Positions 12,697 to 25,778 of a stretch of DNA of 64,000 nt are shown in pieces. The translations under genes were made by a program, and so were the position numbers. The DNA is from Ophelia neglecta (Eukaryota): assembly GCA_965285935.1 (NCBI GenBank), contig OZ260663.1, forward strand, positions 104,470,001-104,534,000, in the 5' to 3' direction. Below the pieces are notes generated by a model. The model had not been told where the DNA came from. It saw nothing but the letters and a program-made list of their open reading frames with translations, and ran no database searches. Position 1 is the stretch's first letter. Each line of letters begins with the position of its first letter.

Positions 12697-15600
12697 TCAG
12701 TTACTATCAAATAGGGTCAAGGATGTATATGGTGGTTTTGACCATTGCGCCACATCGTACAGAAAATGGTATTGCATCTGAAAAGGCAGGAAAACCGCTC
12801 TTTTATCGTCAGTAACGTGAAGAAGTCACAAAGCAAATCCTAGGTAGTTTCTCTTTACAGTAATGACTTGATATGAATTGTTTTAGCAGTTAAAGAGAGC
12901 GCATTCCGTTCCAACATTTCCTGATCGGCGGCTCTATACATTCATTACTTTCATGCATAACACTGCACCCAATACAATTAAATTAGACGCCATGAGATCA
13001 TTATCATAACTGTACTATTAATAGATACTTACCAATGTGTTGACGAATTCCGGTCTATTGGCCGAGACGCATCTCGCAGCCAGGAAAACATCTAACTCCT
13101 GATCTGCTTTCATTTTCTCCAGCATATAATATGCAGCACAAAACAGACCTGACCAAGTGATCCCGTCTCTAAAACGCAAAGAATTTGTTAATGGACAGAT
13201 AAACTATTCTGGGCAAAGTAACATTGTACTACATTGCTTTAAAATTAAAGAAGTCGCACATTTGCCGTGCTTACTCTTCATGATTTGATGAGAAATACTT
13301 AGACTACTAGTATTTAGTCTATCATTAGTCTTTCAACAAAAGCTCTCATGTTTTGCTAACTTACTCGCAATGCACAAGAATATTCCCACCGCTCATATTG
13401 GCAGAGCTCATCACAGTATCAATGAGATCAACTAGTGATCGTATGTTTGGCAGGTCTTGAACAGCCGGCCAATCCAACAGGTGGAAATGTGTGATGGTCC
13501 TCGGTTCTTCGTTAGTCTGGAAAGAAGAGTTTTATAAATACTACTATTTTGATGTTTCTTGCTACTTAATGGAGACTAAATGATATTGGAAATGGTTTAA
13601 AATGCTAACAGTCGTTTTGAGTTAAATCATCAAATAGGTAGTTATATATACTGTTTTCGTTTTCTTGAGACTCAAGTCCCGCTTCACAAATGGTCCTATA
13701 GTATCTAGTGATCTGCATTTAATCAAAAGATCTCCAAATCTTTGCTCTGGTTCCTTGATTTCCGGCCAATATACTGTTTTGGTCTGGAATAGGAAATAGC
13801 ACAATTAAATAAATTATCTTTCATCATACCTGTTTTCGTGGTAAAAAAAGAGAAAGAATATTGTATACCTCTCCCGTCTTGACCAGGGGATCGAGCATGA
13901 CGATGGTCGTACGTCTGTATTGGTAAACAAGTCTCCAAAAATCTCCCACTGTGTTGGAATGAGGTGTCGTTGTCGCGTATAAACCATTGTTAGTGTGTAA
14001 ACTCTGCCAAAAATAACAGAGCCGGCGTATAAGAAGCATTAACTCCTACTGGCATGACAAGCAACATCCAAAACGAGGATTATTACCAATTAGTATTTGT
14101 TTTTCATCAACAGTTTATTTTATATTCCTACATTATCATAATTCTTACATCGACAAACACGCCAATGATGTTTGCATTGTCATGAACTTCTGTCGATATC
14201 AGTGTGGGACTCGTGTCTACATGAAATTAAAATATGTAAATTAATTCAAATAGATTAAAGACAAATGTATGCATGTAACTATAGAATCACGGAACAGTGA
14301 AACTCCTCCATCATTTCAACATACCAAAGTCAGTACCCTCTGTCTCATGTTTAGATAAACTATCATCTTCTGGTCCATGAACATCATTCATGTATTTCAA
14401 ATGTTGTAAGACCTTTTATGAAATTAAGCATATTTCTAAATAAAAATAGGAGAGACAAACATAAACACAATTATAACAAATATTAAATTAAATCTGTACG
14501 TAACCATTAAGACCAGTGCCCTGTAAGCTCTCAACTATCGCTATTCAGTCCTTGTAGGGTAAAAAGACTAGATGAGTTTGTTTCGAAAATCCAAAAACCA
14601 AACAAGGATGGGTATAATATATTCCCATAGTGCAGAGAAGTACAAAGTAGTGCATATTCAGGTGATCAATGCGAGTGTGAGTGAAAGTTGGCTGGTTTGT
14701 AAGTGATTGCGTTTTGGGGTTTACATTTCATTATAGTAAGGTTTGAGTTGAACTACTACGATCACAGCGCTGCCAAAGTTGGATGGGCTTTACTCTGGAT
14801 ACAGAATCGAGTGATAGAACAATAATATTATATCAATCCTGTAGCATACTATATCAATTAAAAACAATAAACAAAGAGAACGTTTAGTTTTCATATACCT
14901 CGAATTCATGATGAATTTGGCAAGTTTGGTCCACAGCAGTGAGATTAGTCAGTCGTTGTTGGAGCTCAGTAATGGGGATAGCGGTGTCACCCGTGGTGAC
15001 AGCCTCCAGTATGGCGGTGTAAAGAAATATGTACTGGTCCTGATAGGCATGAAGATTAAGAAAACGAATTGGTACTTATCTAACACGACTTAATATCCAA
15101 ATATTAAAAGCAGACATAACACATTACTAAATCTTTGAAATAATCATGAATGTTAGTAATATATATTCAATCAGGAATAATAGTGATTGTCTATTCAGTA
15201 TTTGTAGCCAGACTTCGGTCTTATTAGAAATTTGAAACATCGAATAAAATAAACATGGACAAAGGCAAGGGTGAGATCTTTAATATTAAAAAACAAGATT
15301 ATACTTACTATAGCTAAAAGCATAAAACATAAGAATTCGAATTTTATAACCCGTGTGCCAACGGAGCTTTATTCTCTTACCAATGTCTGAACCATCTTCA
15401 TCCTCTCTAGTCTCATCTGACTGACAAAGGCGAAGACATCGATTTGAGACTCGGCCTTTGCCTGCTGCATCAGATAGTCCAGGGCGATAAACGTCCCTGT
15501 TCTCCCTATACCGGCACTATAAGTATAAATATTTTATGCATGATGATAAAAAGCATTTATATTTGGTAAACTATTAGTTTTTAGTTAAACTATATGTTGG

Positions 15601-18600
15601 TGAAGCTATTAGTCTTATTGTATCATTGCCTAATTGCATCTTCCGGCCTGGTATTTATAGACACAGACACATTGCACATAACACTCCGCTGTATTAACAG
15701 TAAATTAACAAAGTACCTATATACATTATCCCATCGACGGAAATAGTATCACTGGTCTCCAAGTGTATATACTATACCTGCAGTGGACTATTATAGGCCC
15801 TAGACTGACCCTGTCAAATGACCTGACCTTCCTCCGAAAGGCAATGAAGGGGTAGGCCTGCTGTGGCGTCGATTTGTCCGGCCATCTTAAGAACTGGAGA
15901 TGTCGGACAACTCTTGTATCGTTCTTACCGTACAAATTATAAATGATATTTCAAACAGATTAATAAGGATATTTGTAAATAATGATCTTGTACCTACACG
16001 CATAAGGCATGTCTAACAATGAAAGTGAGTAAATGCCATATACTGAGTCGTATTTATCAATACATATGAACCAAAGTGTAAAACATATAACCCTGACCCC
16101 TCTAGTGATATTCAGCACACAAAATGTGTAGTCAGCTAGGGTTTCTCTTCTTACAGTTTCGACCAAAATTTCATTGTATCTGTGTTCTGTACCAACATCC
16201 TCCGGCCAGTATTGTTCACTCTTTCGCTAGAAGTCTTTATATTCTTATTGACGTCGGACATGACAGTATATACGTATATTGTTATTTGAGTACGAGGTTC
16301 CAACAAGCAGTTGATGGGACATTGACGGGGCCATATATTATATTTTACTATCAATATATATCGCTTAGCACGGAGATAAAATAATTGAACATAATCATTG
16401 TTGCTCTTCATATTCATGTATACCCTTCCGTTTTCAAATGCTCTTGTAAGCATAACTATCCTGTTAGCTTCAAGTTGCCAGATCATTGCCCAGAACTCGC
16501 CTGTGGTGTGCTTTGTGGGTGCTGACATGAGAAAATATAAAATCAAGCGTTAGATTTATAGACGGTCAGCAACACGAAAATATAAGCATAGAAATAACTA
16601 AATAAATAAAAAATAATATACCTTGTGTGGCGACATATGCTCTATTCCCGTCATATCCCTGAAAACCAAAATTAACCGTACGAGATGGAGAGCGAATAGT
16701 TTGTGGTATAAGGTTATGTGTTTGAACTCTGCAAAACCGACCTATTTATGGTTATTAAACACATCATAATGTGTAACATTTCCGACATACCGTAATGTAG
16801 TTGGCGTTAATGTAGTCAGAAGCTTCTTTTTTGTTTTTAATAAGAACAACGCGAGTGGAATCATCTGAAAATATGCCGAATATGAATGCAAACTTTGAGA
16901 TTAATTTAAATGACAATTTTTGATATTCAATCATTGTATTGTTAGCTTTAAATGTAGTTTTACGCGGTTTTTTTTTACTAATAAACGTTATTACTAGTTC
17001 TGTTGACGCCACTTTGACGGTGTTTGGTAATTTTAGATCGAATTAATGGCCTATTTTGTTCATGATTTTTGAGGGGTATGTCGGGTATCCAGTCCCGTTT
17101 TTTTCACTCACAAGCTCGGATATTTGTAAACCTATTTCTCAGCTTATTCTCAGGCAGGCTAGCAGCTATACAATCCAGCATTTCTGTACTTGGTATCGCC
17201 TGTAAGAAAGCGAATGCCATATAATCTTATGCTTTTATTAATATATCGTGTCTGCGAGTTGGATAATAAACACAGAAATAAAATGCATGCACTCTAATAC
17301 AAATGTATAAGCTTACGATGAATTCTTCGCAGAATCCATTGTCAACCTTCCCCTTGTTAACATACGACTGCAGCTTGGATAGTTTTATAATTGTACGTTC
17401 CAACACAACGGGTGTATTGACATTGGCATAAATAACATCATCTCTTCCTTCACCGTTTCTTGGAATCATTACAGCTTCGTTATTATCCCGTGGCATTTCT
17501 ATTGCAAATGACATTTTAGTATTTTCAGAAATTATGCAGTCATTATAGATAAGCAACCGTCATCTACAGATACTGTATGTCGAATTGTCCCTAGCGTAAA
17601 TGATGACCAGTATTTGTTCAATCTGGGACTTGATGTTTACGGAGAAAAACACGAAAGGTCTATTTCAAAACATCTTGTCAGTGGGTATATTGACCTACCT
17701 GAGGTAGCATGCGACATAGATTGGGCGGTCCAGTTAGTGCCAGCCATCATAGAAAGAGTGTGTTCCGGGATGTTGTTTTTACGTGAGGTTCTGTTCCTGT
17801 CGGATATGTAGCACACCATATTGTGTGTGCAGAAATAAACATCATATTGTCGAAGTCAATTCGGAATGTCATTATATTCAAGTCTATGCTGTAATTAACA
17901 CAATACCTGTTGAGGAACAAGAATATTCCGCTGCCTATAAGTATAACCACTAACACGGAAATACTTATAACCAGGACGGTCTTCCAACTAGATGAAGAAT
18001 CTAATATAGGTGCAGAATCTATTGTAGGAATTTCTGCTGTGCCTTCTCGCCGCTCAGTAGTAGGCGACAACGATGTTAACCCTATTTATTGTAATACATA
18101 TAAACCATATTTTAGTGTAAATGTTCTGTGAATAATTGATATTCAACGGGCTAATCTTTTATGTGAGGAATTTGATACAAAGATTATAGATATTAACTCT
18201 TTAGTGCAAACAAAACTAGATAAACCTCTGCTGTTATCCCTTAATTTTGCATGGAAACTGTGTGTCGTACAATATATTACCTGTCGTTCGAGCCTTCAAT
18301 ACATCCATGTTTGATCGGTTGTTCGATTTCAGATCCATAAAAAGCAGACTACCATCCTTCGTCCAGAATACCCTCCAGTAAAACTCGTACTCCGTGTCTG
18401 GTTGTAATCCGCTCACGGTTACCTGCCATTCCCCCTGTCCCTGTGAGACGTCGTCATACTTTGTCCAGTTTGTAAAACCCAGTGGTCTGTAGTATATCCT
18501 AAATCCCACACAATGAGTAATCCGTTCGTGGGAATACATATCTGCCATCCAGGTCCATGTTACAGAGTGTGTTGTTGCATAAACAAGGGTTCTGTTCCAG

Positions 18601-21600
18601 AAGTCATTAGATTCTCTTGCCAATATGTCTAAAATCCAAAGTACGTATTGTTGGTTTCGGGCACTGTGGCGGCAAAAACCATTTAGTTTGTTTCTTCTAA
18701 TCTATATAATTCATAAGATGGCTGGCGTAAATTTACGATAAGAAAAAGGACTGCACTCACGTATTTCTATGTCACACCGTATTCCCGTCCTCCAGTATAT
18801 AGTATCCGCGGTCCTTTTACTATTACACCCGTCTGTGCACTCTCCCGTCTCCTTCACACAGGAATGGTTACGGCAATGGATACTGCAACAATTCTTTCCA
18901 TACGTGTCTTGAGCACATTCTGAGAGAAAAATGATATTATAAACTAACGTAGGATTGCACACAAAATCACTGTATGTTTGGGTCAAAATATATATGAAGA
19001 TACCATGCACATAATCCAAAGTTATTAATAAAGAACCATCATTTAAATATGTTTTACCTGGATCAGTTAGTTGCAGTTTCATAAAAATTTTAAAATAAGG
19101 TTTTGCAAGAATGAGCATTGAGAACTGCTCTCGTTTGGATGTAAATGTGTATCTATTAATTTATTGATTAAGATTTGTATGAACAGTTTGCTGGATGGAC
19201 CGATGCACATAGCCAGAAATGCTAAGGAGGGTCAGGAATTCAACGTAGCCCCGAGTTCAGGGACTCGTTTACTGATACTGTTTCATATTGACCTCTTATT
19301 TTGAGACAGCTTTAATCATCACAATTAACCAAGACTCTCCAAGGGCATATTATACGTTTGTCCAACGTTGATCCCTGCCGCCTTTGTTTTGTGTTCTGAC
19401 TCGCATCTTTGAAATCAGTTGACTCCGAATTGCACGTGATTATCAAGTTTAACGGTTTTTAAAAGTTTTTTTTATGTTGTTTAACTGTTCTAAATTCTCC
19501 CCGGGAAACCCTCACTCTTTTATTGTGACTCAACATATGTGTAGCGTACAATGACATGGGTATGAAGCAAGTGCACATGCACTTTAGCCACATGAAATTT
19601 TTTTCATCTTTCATTCAGAGCTAACAAATTGCGTGCAGACCATTACTATACAAGAACTGGGCTGGTCCGAGAATTTAACCCTAAAGAGAATAAGCCCCAC
19701 CTTACTCCGACACTAAATCTAATATACCCTTCTCTCCACCCCCCCCCCCCCCCCACACACACACAAACACATAAATAAAAACTGAAAGTAAAATGTAGCT
19801 GTATTATGAACATGCCGTACCAGATATTTAGGTCAGTCATAGGTTTCGAAAACCTTTAACCAAGTGGATACATTTCTACAGTTAATATGCAAAAACACAA
19901 ACCAAGCGAAGTTGCTTAGAATGGAATGGGTCGAGAGTGTGTGTGGTTTGTGTGGGGGTGGGGTTGAACCGTTTCTCGCCGATTTCTGCGGAAATCTGGC
20001 GCCGGTTTTGCATCGCTTGCATCATCGATGTCATTTTTGCGCAAAAAGGCAGATGGTCGGGATCATAGGCAAATTTATTGTTCATCAGCAGTTGTGCGCC
20101 GGTACCTGGCTGATTAAGTTTGCAGATGCACTCCTTGGAAAATCGACGCATTTCAGAAATTTCGCAGATATCGGCGCAAAACGGCACACCTAATTGACCC
20201 CACTCGATAAAAACATTTTACACTCCGACCACTCCCTGTGTACTCCAGTTGGACATTGATTACAAAGTTTACGACACATGACAATAAGAGGACTGTGTTA
20301 TGCTGTATTTACTCAATCACCCTGATGGCAATCAAATCGCTTTATGGAATGCCAGACAGCTTTCTCCTTTGATCACAGCCATTTAGTTCAATATTCATCA
20401 ATAGCATACACGCAGATGGTCCTCCCAGGCGGTGTCGAAGAGTTGACTATAAGTTTCATAGATCTTTAGTGAACTGATTACAAGGGCACACACAGAGCAA
20501 TGGTTTGTGTGCTTGTGTTTTACTTACCCACTCGGATATCACATTTATTTCCAATCCACTGTATACCATTCCTTCCAATAGCACACCCCTCAGTACACAC
20601 GCCTGTCTCTCTCACACATGACTGGTTAAGACAATGAGGACTGCAGCAATTCACACCCAACGTCCCTGCAGCGCATTCTGAAAAAACAGTAGAAACAAGA
20701 AACAAACGCAGCATATTGTTGCATTTCTGTCTATTAAATAAGGAATGGAATATTGTTTCTACATCAGAACTGTTAACATTGCACTTTTATTATTGTTTCA
20801 TTATTGTTCGCAGCAAATTGCCCGCATGCAATTCGCCACTAATAAAATAACTTCTAGTATTACCATGACTGTACATTTAGCATTTAGTCTCCATGTGAAT
20901 AAACTTTTCCCAAGGTAAAAGACACTAATACCGTATTACTTTATAACACACCCTTCGCTTTAAAGGAAATTAAGGTAATGTGACTTTGAGAACTTGCAGA
21001 TGCACTCCTTGGAAAATCGACGCAGTTATATGTTAATCACAGTTAATTAACTTGTGATAAGTAGCCGAACATTTCTGAATTGCATATAGTGCATATATTG
21101 AGCCAAGTGAAAGATCCCGCACACGGAACACTGATGTTTTACGCCAGGCACATACTATTGTCACCCAAGGAGCATTACGTACACTTCCATTATAATCCTT
21201 TATCTATACATATTCAAGATATTGAATGGTGATATGTCTGGCTACCTTCGAACCAAACTTGGAGCACTGACGACGCATAAACCTTTACTTGTTATGCCTA
21301 AAACAAATGTATTAGCACTGCAGAATATTTATTCTTTGAGCCCTAATTGTATTGCCCATTGATACATTTAGCAACTAATCCATCACAACTTATTGTTTCT
21401 GCGATCTAGATATGTAATCATCGGATATGCGAAACCGCTACCTTGATTAATTCAAGTAGTATGTGTATTAGATCCAAGGACAGCTTCCCTTAAACTTATA
21501 AAGTGTTATCACCAGCACGACCTATCATTCTGATTATTGCTCCTTCCAGCACGCCTTCAGACTGTTTCAGTAAAAATTGCCTTTTGCGAGATCATTGCCT

Positions 21601-24600
21601 ATTAAAGCACTTTGTTTTAAACAGTTATATGTTTATTTGTGTTTTTGTAAACCTATGTACGAATTTACATAAAACCTTGTTTGTTTGGGTCAAACATGAA
21701 CGCCAACCTAGGTGTCGAGGTAAGTTGGTTTAAACATATGTATTTAGTTATGTTGGATGTTGCAAGAAACGTAGGGAATATAGAGTGTAATCTTCCACGG
21801 AGCCTAAGACTAAAACATTATATTTACAAGCATGCGATGAATGAAGGAAGAGCAAAAAGCACACAGTAAAGGAAATGGGAAACAATTTAGCATATCTTAG
21901 CCTAAAAAAAAATCACATAAAATGCATATTGACAATTAAAATTATGAGTCCAAAGGTAATAGCTAAGCAAACTGTCATTGAAGAAATAATGACGAGACCC
22001 TTCAGGAGACTACTTTCTGGACTAAATGTGAAATTCATTGAAGACACATTTATTCTTACCAAAAATGATATTTTTGGGTTGATGCGTAAAAATGACAAGA
22101 GAAGTGGCGGGGGAAGAACTTTCAGTATCACAAACGCAACTTGGTGTGGCAAAACAAAAGTTGAAAAAACGATAGTAAAGCCGGCAGCTACACGCCTGAA
22201 CTGAGCCTGAATGATATGGGTATATTGTATATTTACCTTTACAGTCTGGTAGCCGGAATCTGTCTGGACATTTACTACAACCTGTGTAGTCATCACAGGT
22301 ACTGGTCTCCGGACAGTCAGAGCAATCTACAAAGTTATCAAATCGGAACAGACGAGTTGGTATGACCTTAGTCAAGTAGCCACGACAGGAAAAGGAATAG
22401 AATTAAAGTCCCAAACGCGAGAGATGATCTCTTGTATATGTGTTAATTTATACTATGATTGAAAATATTATTTAATTAGACCATATAGAACTTTTCTCGA
22501 TGAGCGCGTCTCTTCCAAATATATTGCAGCATAATTAATTTCGATGCAATAAATAGGTATGATTTCTCTGGCTAACTCTGAAGAGAACAATATTGATAAT
22601 AATGAATGACATTATTTTATTTTTTGAAGAAAATGATCGACTATCCAGATTCAGTGATAAGATGACATATCGATTATTTTCTAGCAAAATAATTTGAATA
22701 AAAGGTGTTGACCCCTGGAGGGTATTTTCTTACTTATATATCTTCGCCCCATGACAACTACCTCGCACAGCTTGAAGCTGGTACTGTCGTATACTGCTAA
22801 CGCCACCTTACTCCCTATCATAGATGTCCCATTTTTACATGTTACTTCTGTGTACTGTGTATGGTTTTTGTTGGCGAGTGTACTTTGCATACAGATCTCA
22901 TTAGCTACTGGGTCTTCTGAGTTTTCAATGTAAGTATAAAGCCTTACATTTTGAGCTGCAAAAACAGAATCCTCCCAATCAATTCAAACCTCTTTCTTCC
23001 ATAGTTACCTTACTAGTCAAATAAATTCCTGCTTAGTGAACACAGGTTTACATATTTATTTCTGCCTTAACCGAATGGAGAAAAAAGAAATACCTTCATT
23101 GCCACCGTACACCAATACACGGGAAATTTTATAAAGATGTCCGAGTTCCACCATCCACCAAGGCTGAGCGTGTTCTCCTTTTATGTATGAACAGTGTTGC
23201 CTATCGTGGGTCTCGACCGCTACGCCATCTACTGCGAGGTCAGCAGTTCTATCTTTCCCATTTTGTAAACCACTTTGTTTGGCTGATTTACCAAGAGCAA
23301 CATTACCTGTTGAGGTTCGACCAGGTATTATGCTTTTATATATTGACACGCAATTTTAAACTTAAATTAAGTGTGCTGAAGTATTTACTGAAAACAGACA
23401 TTAATTTATAAACGTGAAATGAATCATCGGATTTTAAAATTAGTCTTTGCAATGAACCCAAACCCCACTTAGTAACTGCCTTATTAAATCACACAGACTT
23501 AGTATACAGGGTACTGATTTTGCCCTACAGTTAAAACGAGCATTCAGCCACTGGAATGCACGCCGAGAGATAGCCTACAAAACAGAAGGAGTATGTACGT
23601 CGAATATAACTGGAAAGAGAAAATCAAACCAAATCTGCATCCTGGACCGCTCCATGGTATGTCCCCCGGACTCCACCTCTCACACACCACCCCAGGACGA
23701 CAAGCGCCATTGTCATGATTACAGATGTCATCTTCACACCGACAAGGAAACGCACACGTTTTGTCGTCATGGCCGTATCGACATGAACCTATATAACATG
23801 TGATAAGCAGGAAATAGATTTATAATAAAAAACACATTTACTTCTCTCTGTGAAGATAGGGGGGCTTTTTTGTTAAATATGTTAGCATGAGGGAAAAATC
23901 AGATTGGTCAAATGACATATGGGTCAAGCCCAATTAATTTTCATATTGTCTTCCTTTTTTGTTTGTTTTATTACTTATCAGTTTGTTGTTTTTTTGTATT
24001 GTCGTGGTTTAGGGAGTAAGAAGGGGATTACCCAATTTATTGATTATTGTTACATGCTATATCGTAGTGGTATAGTTTTATCAGACAATATTAAAAATTT
24101 TAATTTAGTATGGCTTTCGTCCTTAATAACTTATGACAAATATGACATTATCTTAATGAATATCATGGTCAAACTATAATACGCATTACTATCCGCATAT
24201 GAAGTCCTTGCCAAAATTTACTGGACCAAGGAGGAGTATTTCATTTACTGGGTTTGTATGACCAGATGACATTCTCCGCTGCGGTTTAGCTTTCACAATT
24301 CACAAACATGGGATGAGATGGACTTGATAAGAAAAATGTCCACTACCTGTCCACGCCCTAAAAATAAACTAGCACTATTTTTCAATTTGGAACGCAGACA
24401 AATAAAAGTCTTCCATAGTACAAGCTGTGCGTTAATTGTCAATATAACACCAAATATATAGTTAAAAAAAATACATTCGGTCACTGTGACACCGCGACTA
24501 AATTATTTCCCATTTCCGCTGCCTATACTAACGTTCTTTAATGGCAAAACTAAACGCCAACTTAACATTGTAGTGAATATGGATTGTATTTCAATTGAAA

Positions 24601-25778
24601 TGGATTCATTTCAATGAATTTAATATTAACCCGTTAACACACGGTTTATCTCGAAAATATGTTATTTGCAGATTCGCAAATTGAAAATATAAAATCTTGC
24701 TGAACTACAAAAAAAGATAAAATTGATTGGTCGGAACATATGTACAATAGCAACACTTGAACATCCAGTTGTAAATATGTTGCGGTATTATGGGCAATTG
24801 AATTCCCCTAATTTTTTCCTGAAATAAAAGCACTTATCATTAATTCTCCGAGGAACAAGCTCTATTTTTTCAGGGACTAATTTAGCTAAACGACTATGGT
24901 ATTTACGCAGCAAGACGCAAGTTATTATAAAAGGATATATAGCAGGTGATAAATTGTCCAATTTTCATATCAAGTTATTTGAAGAGATCACTAATTCTGA
25001 ATATCGAATTATGTTTATTACTGTATAAGGACACAGCCAGAAACCAGCCGGATTACGTGTATTCGGGTCTAGTATCAGGTCCTAATTGGTATGAACCCTT
25101 AACAAGGAAATAGATATCTGACTGCATCTGACGCATCTGACTGTTAAACTATGCCGACAAAATGTTCAGCTGATGAAAGCAATATTATATTGAAGATGAA
25201 AATGAAGCAAGGGTCAGCGTATTTGGACGAAAAAAGAAATCTTTATTATAAACAGATATGGCATGCAAAAAGACAAGAATATTTATCGCTTGTGTAAGCT
25301 TCGTAACCAAACTGCCTTCACATTCATATTATAAAGCACCACTGTAGTGGAAAAGGGCATGCAACTAAGGCCAGCCCCTTTCGACAAATGTATTATTTGT
25401 AATTTAAATAGATTTATGAATAAGCTAAGAATTGGCATACACAATTCAGTTGATGTTTTTTTCTGACATTGAGCTGGATATCAATAATTATTGCGAGTTA
25501 TACTCAATGAAAACAATGAAGAGCAACTACTAAATATTATATATTTACTTAGTCCAGGCCTTAACACAATGGACAATATATAGGCCGTATTGAGTTTTTT
25601 TTAGATACTAGTCTGATATTCAAACCAACCATGGCTTACTTTCTGCGCGTTTAATACTTATTTAACATTTCAGAGTAAAAAGCTTAGAAAATGTGATTTC
25701 AACTTTACCTAGACCTTTAGCAACCGCCCAATGTAAAAGTACAACTAAGAGAGATATCTGTAGCATGGCCGCCATCAT
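12697..25778 (-). CDS. Gene A: receptor-type protein tyrosine phosphatase with SP, EGF-like, F-type lectin-like, EGF-like, FN3, TM, PTP D1 and D2 domains (~1164 aa, 26 exons)
   Basis: Phase-consistent GT-AG exons: 25709-25778 (signal MMAAMLQISLLVVLLHWAVAKGL), 23630-23788, 23094-23306 and 22734-22955 (NVALGK..AVDG..CS..WWMVELG..LCEV), 22237-22326, 20528-20677, 18761-18919, 18281-18628 (FN3, GLQPDTEYEF), 17907-18081 (TM), 17699-17796, 17317-17498, 17112-17199, 16791-16864 (DYINAN), 16622-16658, 16424-16521, 16098-16226 (QYWP), 15778-15923 (WPD..VHC), 15381-15516 (SAGIGRTG..MVQT), 14899-15039, 14337-14412, 14149-14216, 13869-14003, 13652-13783, 13365-13516, 13033-13168, 12697-12777 (stop). Confidence 0.88.
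19915..20240. mobile_element. Probable MITE-like insertion in an intron of gene A
   Basis: GC-richer block not found at the matching position of gene B; left GGAATGGGTCGAGAGTGTG is an imperfect inverted match to right TACACTCCGACCACTCCCTG. Confidence 0.35.

Noticed and set aside
18629-18663. Upstream CAG acceptor for the FN3 exon of A
   Set aside because: Introduces an in-frame TAG; the acceptor opening at 18628 gives 348 bp as in B.
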